DNA from: Paramecium tetraurelia
Taxonomy: Eukaryota
Reading direction: 5' to 3'
Assembly: GCA_000165425.1 (NCBI GenBank)
Contig: CT868219.1
Location: 438,728-502,727 of the forward strand
Length of the DNA: 64,000 nucleotides
Within the stretch, counting starts at the first letter, position 1. Every line of letters begins with the position of its first letter. A model generated the notes under the pieces. It was not told the origin of the DNA. It saw only the letters and a list, made by a program, of their open reading frames with translations, and did not search any database. Shown piece by piece: positions 13,167 to 26,147 of the stretch. Both the position numbers and the translations under genes were made by a program.

Positions 13167-14727
13167 TCAATCCCTTTTACTCTTTGTGTTTTTATTAGCT
13201 TTTTAAGGGTTGTCAGAAGGCATTCCTTTAAACATATTTTATATTTTCTTGTCCATTTCTGAGTAAATTTTTCTCATTGCCACCATAAATAATATGAAAA
13301 CACCTCCCATAATTGTTATTGTTAAAATCAGATTTTAATAATATCTAGCTCTTCTCTCAAACATCAGATCTATTGAATTGACAGAACTTGACACTTTTCC
13401 AAATGTATTTATTAAAGCAACCAATTCATTTCTTTTCAACTTTCCTGAAAATTCACTTGGAGATTCAGAAAATAGAATTTTTAATGCTGTTCCTAATCCA
13501 TAAGTCTACATCTTTCCAAATACTCTACATTTTTGACATTCCACACAATCCATGATTTTACTTATGTTGTGAATATATCTTTGATAATCTTTCTTTTAAT
13601 CCTAACAATAATAATGTTTAATAAATTACGAATGTTATTTAATTGAAGAATTATTATTCATCAAAAGGTTTAGAACATTAACTATTACCTAGAGATAAGA
13701 TGGTGTTCAATAAATATTTGGATCTAGTATCTTCTTCAAAAGACATTGAATTTATATCATGTTTTTGAATTCCTGGAGATGCTAATATGACTGCCCTTAA
13801 AAGAACAGAATATATAAAGAACAAGTTTCGAATTCTTTCAGGATGATTACCTACTCTTTCGAAATATAATGAATAATTTGGGTAGGTTCTATTTGTTGAT
13901 AAATCAACATAAAACTCACTCAACTAAGTCGAAATCGAAGTATGCAATCCCTACACTAATTTATTCAATGCTCGCTTCTCCCTACACATTTCATTTAATG
14001 AACCTTAGTAACAGTTTTCTTTATATATAACATCCCAAATGTGTTGTCCTTAGTATCCTGTATAGGCTTCAGGATTTAATTTCAAATCAACATAGACACC
14101 CTTGTCATTTTCGATATCTTCAACATGCCATATCCATTCAGATGGAGCTACAACTCATGAATGAAATTACATAGATATCTTTCTGAATCCCAGAATGCAA
14201 AATCATCTTTTGGCTAACTTATTGGAGAGGATACTGGGGCCAACCAATTGGATGGAATCTTGAATATATTAACCTTATTACTTCTGAGGTGTTACAAGTG
14301 CAAATTACACATTTTCTACTTGTGCAAATGTATTCCCCAATAGAGAATGGACAATCATTTTCTAAATTGACTCTGAAGATCTTAAAATATTTTTTGTACT
14401 ATAAATTCGATCCTTATTTTTACAGTCAATTCATCCAATAGAGGGAATATTTGATCATTCACTGATTTGAGAGTTTGAAAGTCTTAACAGCTATCCTCAA
14501 CAATTCCTTCATATTTAAAGCCTTTTTCCAACTAATTGTTTGATAGCTTTAATTACTAATATGTAGTTCAATCCTGTTATAATTATTCCTGCTACGTATG
14601 CATAAATCAACCAAGAGATGCATTTCCCCATCATCTTTAATTCCCATTCTTTTCTTTGTCTTCTTTTAGCTCTCTCTATTTTCAATTAAGTGAGTTCGTC
14701 TACAATCTCATCTTACCCTCTTTACAT
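13167..14727 (-). CDS. ERO1: ER oxidoreductin 1 with predicted N- and C-terminal transmembrane anchors
   Basis: Shuttle [42 protein letters not shown], and active-site [29 protein letters not shown]. Confidence 0.93.
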
Positions 14728-15075
14728 TATAAAGTAATTATAATTTATATTTAATTAATTTTAGTTTCAATCTAAATCTAAATCTATATACACGTATGAT
14801 AAATAAGGAATCTCAAATAATTCTAAATGAAATATTTAAGATTCCTTATGCTGTTAAATTTTGATAATATCAATTTGCATTACTATTAATAATTTAGGTA
14901 TTTGTTGTATTAGAAAAGAGAGGAAAACTACAAAGAAATTCAATATTATGGTAATCAATTTGAAGGGTTTTAAAGTTTCAGTTACATTAGATTTAATCTG
15001 TTGATTACAAAAGACTACTCATAATAATAATTGATACTTTTGATTGTGATTACTTATAAATAATTACAATTTAAT

Positions 15076-17042
15076 ATGTTGGCTTCAAGATCTGATTCTC
15101 AATTAAGAAGTCTTGAAAATCCAGATAAATAAACGATGAGAGGAGAATCTTCCAAAAGAAGTGATAAATTGCTTGAAATTCCAAGAAAAAAGCTCAATAT
15201 GAGGTTATTGTTTTTATTACAGTTAGGCTGTATACTGAGCAGGAACAAAAGATTTAGAATTTAATTAATTCTAAAACAGTTACAATTAGTATTATTGCAT
15301 TGGTCGGAATATATGCAATTTTAATTTTTGTTATTGTAGCTTTAGAGGAATTGATGGATGAGACATAATTCAACAATGTGTCTGTAATACTGAGTTGGAT
15401 AGAATTAGGAATCCTAATTGTTTTCATTTTAGAAATAGCAGTTGGTTTATATGCATGGGGTGTGATGGTAAGTATTAAAAAATAAATTAGAAATATTACA
15501 AAGATAAATGGTTGATTTTGGATACTCTCATTATATTATTGTCTCTCTTTTTTGTGATCTTTGAATTGGCAGATTAGAAAACATCAAATGTAGTCAAAGT
15601 AATCTAGGCTGTATTTCGATTTTTACGAATATTTCTACTTATAAGAAAGGCTTAAACTTTCAGAAGACTCTCAACAATGTCTACTATCTCTACACCAGCT
15701 GAAAAGATTGTCCGATTCTTATCAGAATTGAAAGAAGTGATCGAACTTGAAAGTATGAAATTAGATATCGATTATTGCATTGATAAAATAGGTAACAACT
15801 AATTGTATTAAATGGGAAAGTTGGATGATGATAATGCTGAAGTAAATGCTGAATATAATATAGGCTATGGGTTGGTTGAATCAAAGTCAATAGGGTAAAA
15901 GTAGTGTGAGGAAAATTGTCACAGTTGAATAACAATAGTAACAGAAAAAAGTACTAGCCAACTTTTAAAGATTGAACATTCCCAAAAGAGTAATCATTTG
16001 CAATATGTTATTAGGTGCTAGAACTGTTAGACAAATAACATGATGATTTATATATTGATCCATTTGAGTGTGACAAATTAAGTGGAGGGGAAGGTTTGGT
16101 GTATTTAATGTTGTTTCTCTTTGAAAATTACAATCTCTATGATGTGTTCTTGATTAAACCCAAAGTTGTCAGAAGTTATTTCGAGGAAGTAATGAGGGGA
16201 TATCAAGACAACCCATATCATAATAGAGTGCATGCATAAGATGTGGCATAAACATGCAATTTTTTGTTGAATAGATGCAAATTTATTGAGATTGGCTAAT
16301 TAGATGAATAAGATATAGCTTGTGTTCTAATTGCAGGTGCCATTCATGACTATGGACATCCTGGTCTAACGAATGCCTTTCTTATTAATAGTAAAAATGA
16401 GTTAGCATTAACTTACAACGATTAAAGCGTTTTGGAAATGTTTCATCCATCCTAATGCTTCAAAATCGCTTGGACAAACCAGAAAGCAAATATCTTTGAA
16501 AGTCTGACATTTCAAAAATACAGAAGGATTAGAGAATCTATTATCTCGATGGTTTTATCCACTGACATGGCTCATCATGCTTCTGAATTAGCCATAACCA
16601 ATAGTAGAGTGGCAGCACGTAAGTTATGTTGTGAATTTAGCCGACTTTGAACCATACGGGAAGGATAAACAAAGATTAATGGATTTGGTTGTTCATTCTT
16701 CAGATGTATCAAATCCAACTAAAAGCTTTGAAATCTACAAGTAGTGGACAGAGAGAGTTCTGACAGAGTTTTGGTTACAGGGAGATAAAGAACGAGAACT
16801 CGGCTTGCCTATCTCCTATCTTTGCAATAGATATACAACCAACATGGCAGAGGCCTAACTGGGGTATTTAAACTAATCATATTAGCTTTATTGATTATGT
16901 GGTCAAACCAACATTTTCTTGTGTTCAGGGTTTTCTTCCAGCTTTTGAGCCTTATCTCGAAAATCTAGATAAGAATAAGGCTAAATGGCAAGAACTTGTT
17001 GGGTACTACAAACAATAATTGGCCTCCATTTAAACTTAATGA
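15076..17042 (+). CDS. voltage-sensor-domain (S1-S4)-fused class I 3',5'-cyclic nucleotide phosphodiesterase
   Basis: Six tiny introns keep one frame. Four TM helices end in S4 AVFRFLRIFLLIRK. PDE motifs: YQDNPYHNRVHAQDV, AIHDYGHPGLTNAFL, LSTDMAHH, HSSDVSNPTK, EFWLQGDKERELGL, AQLGFIDYVVKP. Confidence 0.9.
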
Positions 17043-17378
17043 TTAATAGATAAATATTTAATAATTTTATAATCTATATAAATTAACTTCCCTTTAATTA
17101 AAATGAATAATTTGGAAATTAAATGTTATCTTATGAAATGTTAATTTGGGAATATATGCTTAAATAATCACATGTACTCTTGTATATATCAATTTTGTTA
17201 TGATCAACAAATAGATTAGTAGATACCTATAGTTAATTGATATACTGTTGTAAAAATATTTGAATGTGAGTTAAGTTTAATCTTTTGGAATAAAATGCCA
17301 ATGTTCTACTAATTATATCAATCATCTAAAGAATAAAGATATTAACTATATGGTATTAATTAATTTATCTAATAATTA

Positions 17379-19214
17379 ATGAATTTTGAAGATAAATAAA
17401 ATGACAGGCTATACAAAAATAGATTCTATATAAAGCATAAGATCAGTGCAGGTACTTTTTGAAACTGGTTTAACTTTTGTAAGGTTCATTTGGGGTTGTA
17501 TTCTTATGTTAAGATCTGCAGACCAAAGAATATGTGGCAATGAAAGTGGAGAAGGAAGACACCAATTCAATGAGTTTGGAAAGGGAAATCTAAATGTTAG
17601 ATGAATTAAAAAAGCTTCCAGGTTAGAAATTTGCTAAAATAGGGATTCCAAAAATAATATGGGCAGGAAATGAGCATAATCATAATTGTTTGGTGATGCA
17701 ATTGCTAGGCAGAGATTTATCCTACCATTTAAAGGCTTTAAAAAGGTTTTCATTGAAATGCGTTGTCAATATATCACTGCAAATAATATAAATAATTGAA
17801 GGTGTGCATAAGAAGTACTTATAAATTCATATAATTTGACAGAGGAATAATTCATAGAGACATGAAGCCAGAAAATGTAATGACTGGAAAAGATCAAGAA
17901 TCAAACTAAATCTTTTTAGCTGATTTTGGAATTGCCAAATTTTACAGAGAACCAGATGGAACCCATGTGTACATTATCTCCCATAATAGAAATAAATATC
18001 AGACCCTTCAAAGACAATAAATCCTTTGTTGGCACAACCAGATATGCAAGCATTGGAGCACACAGAGGATTTGAATTGAGTAGAAAAGATGATCTAGAAT
18101 CAATTGGATATATGATTGTCTACATGTACAAAGGAACCCTGCCTTGGTAAACCTATCATAACGTCGCAGAGAAGGAAAAGACTAAAATGGTTGGTTAGAT
18201 CAAATAATAAACATCATTAGAAGAATTGTGTAAGGATTGTCCTTAAGAATTTTATTAGTAACTCTCATTCATATTCATATGTAGATATTTTCATTATGTA
18301 AAACAATTGTAATACAAATCTACTCCTGATTATAGATATTTACATTCCTTATTTGAGTAAATATCTATAAACAATGGATTTAAACATGATAAAAGGCTTG
18401 ACTGGACTGAATTCTCTCAAGGAACCACTAAAATCTCAGGAGAATAGACCCAACAAGAAACAAAACAACCAGTTAGGTCTTCTAGATAAGATGATAAATT
18501 TAAAAATGTTGACTACATTCCATCGAAAAGGTACATATTTTATTTAATTATCAGATCCGATATTAATAATTTACAAAAAGCAATTAATAGTAATAGGAAT
18601 AGAAGTAGACATCAATCAGAATAATGTGTCAATAAAAGTAATAACAGTGGAAATAGTTTCTCATCTTCATATATCAATAGTTAGCAATCTTCAATTCTTT
18701 TAAACTATTAAAACTCATAATTTTCTCAAAATAATATTAGAATAGGATCCTCAAAACTACTTAGCAAATTATAAGAAAGGGGAATCATCAGTTTACATCA
18801 GGATTCTAAAGGATCTCTAATTTAATAGCAATCTTCTAAATCATTTCATGAAAGACACATGTCCTCTCACTTATAATAGTAATTAATTCCTCAATAGCAG
18901 CAGTCATTTCATAACAATAGTTAGATCATGCAACTCTAATAAGAAGACTTTTAAGATCTGGAGGAACTTGAAGAAAGATTAAAAAATGATAAAAAGTCTA
19001 AGTAAAATATACATTAATCAAGAGTTAACGAAATTAGGCTCATAAAAGCAACAAACCATTAAAAGTCAAAGAAATTCAAAATCATTTTAAGCAACCTGAT
19101 AACTAAACTGATTTGTAAGGAATGACATAATTAGAAGAAGCAAGCATCGAAAACAAGCTATAAAACTACACTTCTTATGCTCCAAAATTAAAACAAAACT
19201 TAGCTAAATATTGA
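17379..19214 (+). CDS. CK1: casein kinase 1 family Ser/Thr kinase with Q/S/N-rich tail
   Basis: ISAGSFGVV, VAMKVE, LVMQLLG, IHRDMKPEN, ADFGIAK, FVGTTRYASIGAHRGFELSRKDDLES, GTLPWQ. Confidence 0.92.
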
Positions 19215-19781
19215 CTCAAACTCGATTTTTTATTCTTTATTTTAAGTAGAAATAATCTAATTTTGATTGCTAGGTTTTATTACAATTCTATACACTTAAT
19301 TAAGTGCATAATAATATGTTTTCATTTATTAAACAATTTTGTATTATAATACTATGTTATTTCATTGATTTTTATTACTTAAAGACAGTTTTAATGATTA
19401 TTGTTTCATTTCAAAATAGTTAATATGTAAATATTTTTTTTAATTAGAGATTTGGCATATTAATGAAAAGGGTAGATTTTTATGAGTTTGATAAGTAATT
19501 TCAAAATATTAATTATTAATTATTATAATTTATTACTATCTAATTAATTTTAGTATATATTCAAATAATTTGCATTGTAATTGAGAGACTTTTATAAAAT
19601 AAATCATATATTCAAATATGAATTAAATAGAAAATTAACTATTTTATTATTAAAATTTAATTAGTGAAATTTATTTTATATTCATTTAATTACAGTATTA
19701 ATGAATTTATTCGAGACTTTTTTTCTAATTATATTTTGAAAATTAAATTAAATGAAATACAAACAATTAAAATTAATAAAA

Positions 19782-21035
19782 TCATTAAAATTGCTAATCA
19801 TTATTATTATGATTTAGATTTTGATTTTGATTGTTACGAGGATTGCATTCGTATTACTCGATTATGGTATGCAAAAGTTAAACTATTTCATTTTGAGTTG
19901 GTTATTGATAATTTGTTAATTATATCAATTTTTACCATAACGAAGATCTGTCTGAGTATTCTCTTCGTTCTTCTATTTCTTTTAATTATAAGAAATGCTA
20001 TTACTATTACATCAAGCTTTGATAAAACTATAGATCTAATTATGAATTTTAATTAAAATATTGCATCTCTAGAAATATATGATTAATAAATACAGTCTCT
20101 AAAATACTATTGTTGAGGCTATGGATAGCATAAATATTGTTATTATTGATTTTACATTTATTACTACGCTTACAAATATTGTTATTGTAAATAATAAAAG
20201 TCCAAATATGTATTTGGTTAAAAATGTGGGATAATGGGAATGTCTTCTTAAACTTTTGCTTTCTTGATAGTTTCCTTCTTCTATTTGGTTTTTGGAGGTC
20301 TGCCTCTCTTCGAACTTGGAATTTTATATTCAAGCATAGGAATGTCTTTAATCTATTATTTTTGAAATCGAACTCCAATTCTTTCTTGGTCAAAGTAAGC
20401 CACAAAATTTTCTTTATTCATAGGAATTTTGGTATTTGAATCGCAAAACAAGATGCTAGATTATTTTTAATCTGAGAATTCGTGATTAATCACATTTTAA
20501 AATCCTTGAATTAAAGTTCTAATCAGATTTACACTTCTATAGGTATTAAAAGTATTTATATGCTCCTAAGATTGGATATGCTAAACTAAGATAAAAAGTC
20601 AACATACATCTAAATATTCTTCATAATTTTTTTTGCAGACTCCACAATATCTATGTTTTTTGCCAGGCTTTGGAACTAACTTAAATATAATACAATAATT
20701 AAATACCATTTTGGTCTTCTTGATTCTCTATTCTTCAATTTTCAATTGATGTTCTTATTAATATCTCTCTAGATTGAATTAATATTAAGTTCTATCATAT
20801 TCTAGGATGAATGTAGGGAGTCCGGGCTATCTATCGCAATTCAGAACAGGAACTATGTTTTCAAACTATCCAGTGAATCTTTTGTAATGTAATACATTTA
20901 CTCATTATAAACAGGACAATAATCGAGAGTGATTTATGACTTAATCCAACATTCACTATATTTTGGAATCAAAATGAATTGATGTTCATAACAAATCTAC
21001 TAGCATCTCTTCTTTGGTTTTAGGGAATGAATCAT
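19782..21035 (-). CDS. Dbf4-like protein: motif M-like, DBF4-type zinc finger, AT-hook, Q-rich tail
   Basis: Spliced frame gives LDYCPVYNEF..IVPVLN, KHRYCGVCKKNYEEYLDHIQSQEH (CxxC-x9-H-x5-H) and KRGRPPK. Four short introns. Confidence 0.72.
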
Positions 21036-21067
21036 TTAATTTTCAATAAATTAATATATAAATATTC

Positions 21068-21641
21068 TCAACTCTCTGCTAGTAATTTCAATTACCTCAA
21101 TTTTTTTAAATCTCCGTAAAAATTAGAGTAAATTTTATTTCTTTCATGTTGATTTAAGTTATTTATTTTTATAGCATCTGATCCTCTTGTAATAAATTCC
21201 TCTACTTTCTTCTAAATTTTGCTTTCTCTTCTTGTCTTGATGTCCTCCAACAATAACTTGATTCTATCATCATCTTTGATATCATCTCTGCAATAAGAGA
21301 ACAAAATTGAAGAAATTTCAAAATAATATTGCTCCATCCTTGCCAATTCTAACTCATTTATGGTTTCTTCATCAAGTTTTAATTGCAACCTCTCAATAGT
21401 TAACCATTCGGGAGGAATGACTCTGCATTTATTCTTTTTCTTCAATTCAATTGCTACCCATAATGGAACTTCTACAATTTAATTAATTTTAAATGGTCCA
21501 AAATATCCCTTAATTAATCATTTTCGATATTACAGAAATGAATTGTAGCTTATCCAAATCAAAATTCGGTTAAATATTAATGAAGGTTGAATGTTAAATA
21601 ATGAAATCACTCATTTCTGCATTAATATATCCTTATTACAT
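21068..21641 (-). CDS. PSF2: GINS complex subunit Psf2
   Basis: INIQPNFDLDKLQFISGYFGPFKINQIVEVPLWVAIELKKKNKCRVIPPEWL..LLEDIKTRRESKI. Confidence 0.93.
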
Positions 21642-21687
21642 TATTAAATTAATTTTATAAAAACATTAATTATTACAACCAATATAT

Positions 21688-22999
21688 TCAATCCCCTTTT
21701 GGTAAATCAGTGCCTTCTTCTTGAGATTATTTTTAGAATGACACTTAAGAATCTTGTTATTGTTATTGCTATTATTATTTCTTCTTAGCTAATTTTGATT
21801 GCATATTCGAATTTTATAGTATCATTTTTAATTCTTCAAAATCTTCATCGTCACCATCACTATCCCCTTGTCTTCCAGCTCTATGAGTTTTCATGGCCCC
21901 GCCTTTCCTCGGCACTTTACTTAAATCAATCCTGGTATCAAGAGCAATTTATGACTTAGAGCCTCTACTTGACATCTGTGGTTTTTAGAAAGCTCTGTCG
22001 GTGTGATTGCCCATATTTAACTTTTATTTCAGCATAAACTCTTCTATTTACTTATGTACAGGCTTATTCACATCAAACCACTTAGGTTATTTAATAACAT
22101 TATCTCGATCAAAGTGTTTCCTATATTTATATAAATCTGATATAGAATTTCTTATTTGGAATAATTGTAAATATAATTCGTAGAACTATAAGCAAATATT
22201 TGTGGCTAAATGTCTATAATAGTCTAATAATTGCAAAATCTAAAATCCTTTATAGTAATACCTCTTTGCTTAAAAAATTGTAAAATACAATTATGTCAGA
22301 CCAGTACACCAACACTATCTCTTTTAGCAGCATGTCTTCTGGCACCATCAATAATGCTTCTTTCAATGTATCCATCTATCCCAACCCACTGTTTACCTGA
22401 CTCTTTAAATCAATTATATACCAAATTGCTTATCTTAAACAACCACAATAGCTTTGTTTATATATCAATAAACTTTTATCCTTCCTAGAACAATGGGTAT
22501 TGCTACACTTTACAAGCATGAAACACCTAAATGTTAACAGCAAGTTTTTGTAAATATTAAAAATAGCTTAGCTAAATATTTGCAGATAGCCATTCCTCTT
22601 TTTATTGATTTGTTTTAACAACACTTGGTGATTTTCGATTCATAAGAATTGCAAACTTCTAATTCAGAAAGTGGTCTGCAAAATCAATACCTAATTAAAA
22701 TTCGTGCAGCATTAAATGACATGTCAAAAGCACTTTATTCCTTATTATATAAGAGTTTGCAAATTCCCTAAGAATATGGTATATATTTCTTACTGCTCAC
22801 AAGTCAATTGGAAATATTGATCTATATAATAAGATGGTGCTTTTGTTATAAATTCTGAATGATTATTCTCGAAGCAAGAAATTAAGAACAAGAGATCATC
22901 CAATAAAATTTCATCGGATTAACTTAACAGAGATGAGTTTGCTATTCTCTTTTAGAATGGTGGCCTATTTTTGAAATACCCCATAAATTTATTGATCAT
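21688..22999 (-). CDS. helical protein, possibly ANTH/ENTH-like N-terminus with a disordered tail
   Basis: MINKFMGYFKNRPPFQKRIANS..IIRNKVLLTCHLMLHE..SYFQYLQKLA resembles ANTH helices. The acidic/Q tail ends LPKGD-TGA. Confidence 0.55.
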
Positions 23000-23920
23000 A
23001 ATATTGTATTTATAATTCTAATTAATGTTTGATTACAATATTATCATTCTCACAACATGCTAACGTCATTTTATATCATCTTATTCAAAACAAAGACATT
23101 TAAATATATTTATATTTCAATAACGATTCATTTATTTTCAATTAATTTAAGTTCAACTCAATATTTCAAATATAACTTATTTCTGTTTATAGTACTTATT
23201 GCTTTTCAACTAATATGAAATAAGATTTTATAATTAATGAGATAATTTCTATCATTAAAAATTTATATACTTATACAATTGAATGATAACTATGAATAGG
23301 CGTTAATGTAATAGTGATTGGACTAAAATGAACATTAATTCATTAAGTTAAATCTTTTTGTTTTAATAATTATAATCTTGTAATTATTAATTAAATTCAA
23401 TTAATCCAATTTGTTTTATAAATTATGAAATTCTAAGTTGTTGATACTTTTAAATTAGAATTACTTAAATTTAATTTTATTAATTAAACAATCACTAAAT
23501 ATATATAAAATTGTAACATAAATATCTTGTTCACATATTTATAATTAGTATATGGAACTTTTGTTATTATTCTTAATAATTATTTATCCTAAATTGAGAT
23601 TTTTTAATTATCTCTTAGATTTGAAGATTTTCTTTTCTAATTAAATTAAAATGTTTTAAAAGGTATTTCATTTAGTTCAACTTCACAGTCATCCTCTACA
23701 AAACATCTATTTTAAACCAATCTATATTTCTCTTCGTATATTATATAATTTTTTTCTATTATCATCAGGTAATAAGAATACATTATCTAAATAATAAATA
23801 GCAAGTAAGCAAAGGAAATTCTTCTTATTATTTATCTATGTTTCTGATCTCCTGTTTGGAGATTTGTAATAATTTTACAATTTTATATATTTTTGATTAA
23901 TATATTTATTTAATATATAA

Positions 23921-25888
23921 ATGAAGACAATTTCTTTGGACCAGAGTTAAACAAAAATAAAAATTTTATAGCAAGTCATTACTATTCCTGATGTCCCTTG
24001 CTAAAGACATGCTAAGGAATAGTTGGTGTCAGTGTGTACTTAAGGGTAATGTAGAGAAAAAGGTGCAATATGCCCATTATGTTAAGTGAATTATCATCAT
24101 ATGCATTTGGAGGATACTTGGAATCTGAATTATTTTGTATAATAAATTCATAAATAAATTGAAAGTCTATAGCCAGATTATAAAGCCATTAATGAATTAC
24201 TTATCAGCTTTAAGTTAAAAATAAGTGAAGTAAACTTTGTATTAAGAATTAGTCCATTAAATCCTTAATTTTGTAATTGGAAATTATTGATAAGCAAGTG
24301 AATATGATTTTACAAAAGTCTAAGCAAAAAATTGACTTTGACATAGATGAAATAAAAACTACTTTGAAAAATTTAGGAAAAACTAGTTAAATTGATAATT
24401 TTGGAAAAAAAAGTAAATTATCCTTCGCATTTTAGTTGTTAAATTAACCTAATACTTTGGCATAGATCCTAAAACTCATGAAGTTTATAGAACAAAGGAT
24501 TATGAGGATTTATAGATTTAGAAAATGACAGACTTAATCGAAGAAAACTAATAATACTTTGAAAAGGTGAAGGAAAGAATAACGAGATTATTGACAAAGA
24601 CTTTAGATAAATTTTGTAATTTTGAAATACCATAAATGGAAATGGTTGTTTCAAAGTAATTTGAACCCAAACAATTGAGATGTTAACAGGTTATACATAG
24701 AGCACATTAGAATTGGATTAGAAGTGTTTCTATGTTTAAATTAAGTGAAAGAGAAATTTAGAAAGTAAAAGAAACAGCATAAGGACAATTGTCAGAATTT
24801 GATTAATCGTTACGATATGGTTAAATGGCTATAGTTACCACTAGTGATGATATGGACATAAAGGTTTGGTTAGATTCACCTGATGACCATAAATTTCATT
24901 TGTTATCGACTATAACTGGAGCACATTAAAGGGAATTCTTTGGACTTAGAATTCATTATTGTGATATTAATTTAATTACTAGATTGAGCAATGATATATC
25001 ATGCAATAATTTGATTTTCAGTGCACAACATGGTTTAATCAAAGTTTGGGATTGGATTAGCAAAAAATGTGTTAATGAAATTAAGACTCAATCATTTTTT
25101 ACTTATGATTTTGAAATAGTTAAAATGAAAGATCTTGGAATTTGTTTTGCTCATGGATCTAAAAATTCCATTTAAATTGTTGATTTCACTAGTCCATTTG
25201 GAATGCTTATGATATAAGAAATTAATCCAGATGAATAAAACAAAGACATAAGTACTTTCAGGAAGATATCACAAGTAAAAGAAAAATTTGATTATCTGGC
25301 AGTTGGCTTTATCAATGGGGTTATTAAAGTTTTTAAAAATGATGGCAAATTACTCTATAAAATATAGAGATAAGATACCGAATTAGCTTTTTGTGTGGAG
25401 TTTTTTAAGGATTGTGTAAAAGAAAACCCTAAAATACTTAAAGGTTCTATCTGGAGCTTTTTAGTTATTGGGTCTGATTCTGGGATAAAAGTACGCTTCA
25501 AATATTATAAAAAGTTAGTGCTTATGACATATAAACAGGAAAATCTGTTTGGGTTAACAGAAATTCCCATACTAGTTTTGTAAGAGGGTTGACTTCTATT
25601 ATAGTTAAAGATAGTTCTTCTACTAAAACTATTTTGTTAAGTTAATCAGAGAAAGAAGGAAGCATCAACATATTAGATGGGTAATCTTAAAATTAAACAT
25701 AAATTAGAGCTAATGGATAGTTATTACATTCGATGCAGGATGCTCTTGATTCAGGCCTCAGATTTAGAGGCTTAAGCTCCTATTAAGGAGTGTTAGATCC
25801 TATTACTCCTGATTCTTCAATTATTGTTGCAGGAACATGTAAAGGAACACTTCATATTTTCACTTTTTAAGAATAAAAATAAACTTGA
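23921..25888 (+). CDS. B-box-like Zn finger + coiled coil + WD40-repeat protein
   Basis: CQRH..SVCTQGQC..AICPLCQVNYHHMH, then a coiled coil, then WD-like repeats (TTSDDMDIKVWLD, SAQHGLIKVWDW, VAGTCKGTLHIF). Confidence 0.7.
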
Positions 25889-26147
25889 TTAATGTATTCA
25901 TATTAAGTTTAAGTTCCTAAAATTATTTATTTATCTTATGATTGTTATCAAAACAATTTTAATCTATTTTTACTGAAATTAGCCTCAATTCCCATTTAGA
26001 ACTATATCCAAGATCCTGATATAAATTAATGAAACAAAAATAATCTAAAATCTAAGGTTGAAAGAATTGATAGATGAAGTTAAAATTACAATCAAATATA
26101 TATTAGTTTGAATAACACAATTAATCTTTAATTATTTATAACAAATA

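Noticed and set aside
15279..15670. The four-TM module as an Hv1 proton channel or a truncated K+ channel gene
   Set aside because: It has no S1 Asp or RxWRxxR motif and no pore loop/GYG, and it is in frame with the PDE.
19664..20439. Track ORFs of 130, 118 and 71 aa in this interval
   Set aside because: They are off-frame or antisense to the Dbf4-like gene, whose table-6 frame carries the AT-hook.
23000..23920. Long AT-rich gap as a mobile element or germline-limited insertion (likewise 44750-45550 and 49560-50320)
   Set aside because: No terminal repeats, transposase fragments or convincing ORFs; consistent with ordinary intergenic DNA.
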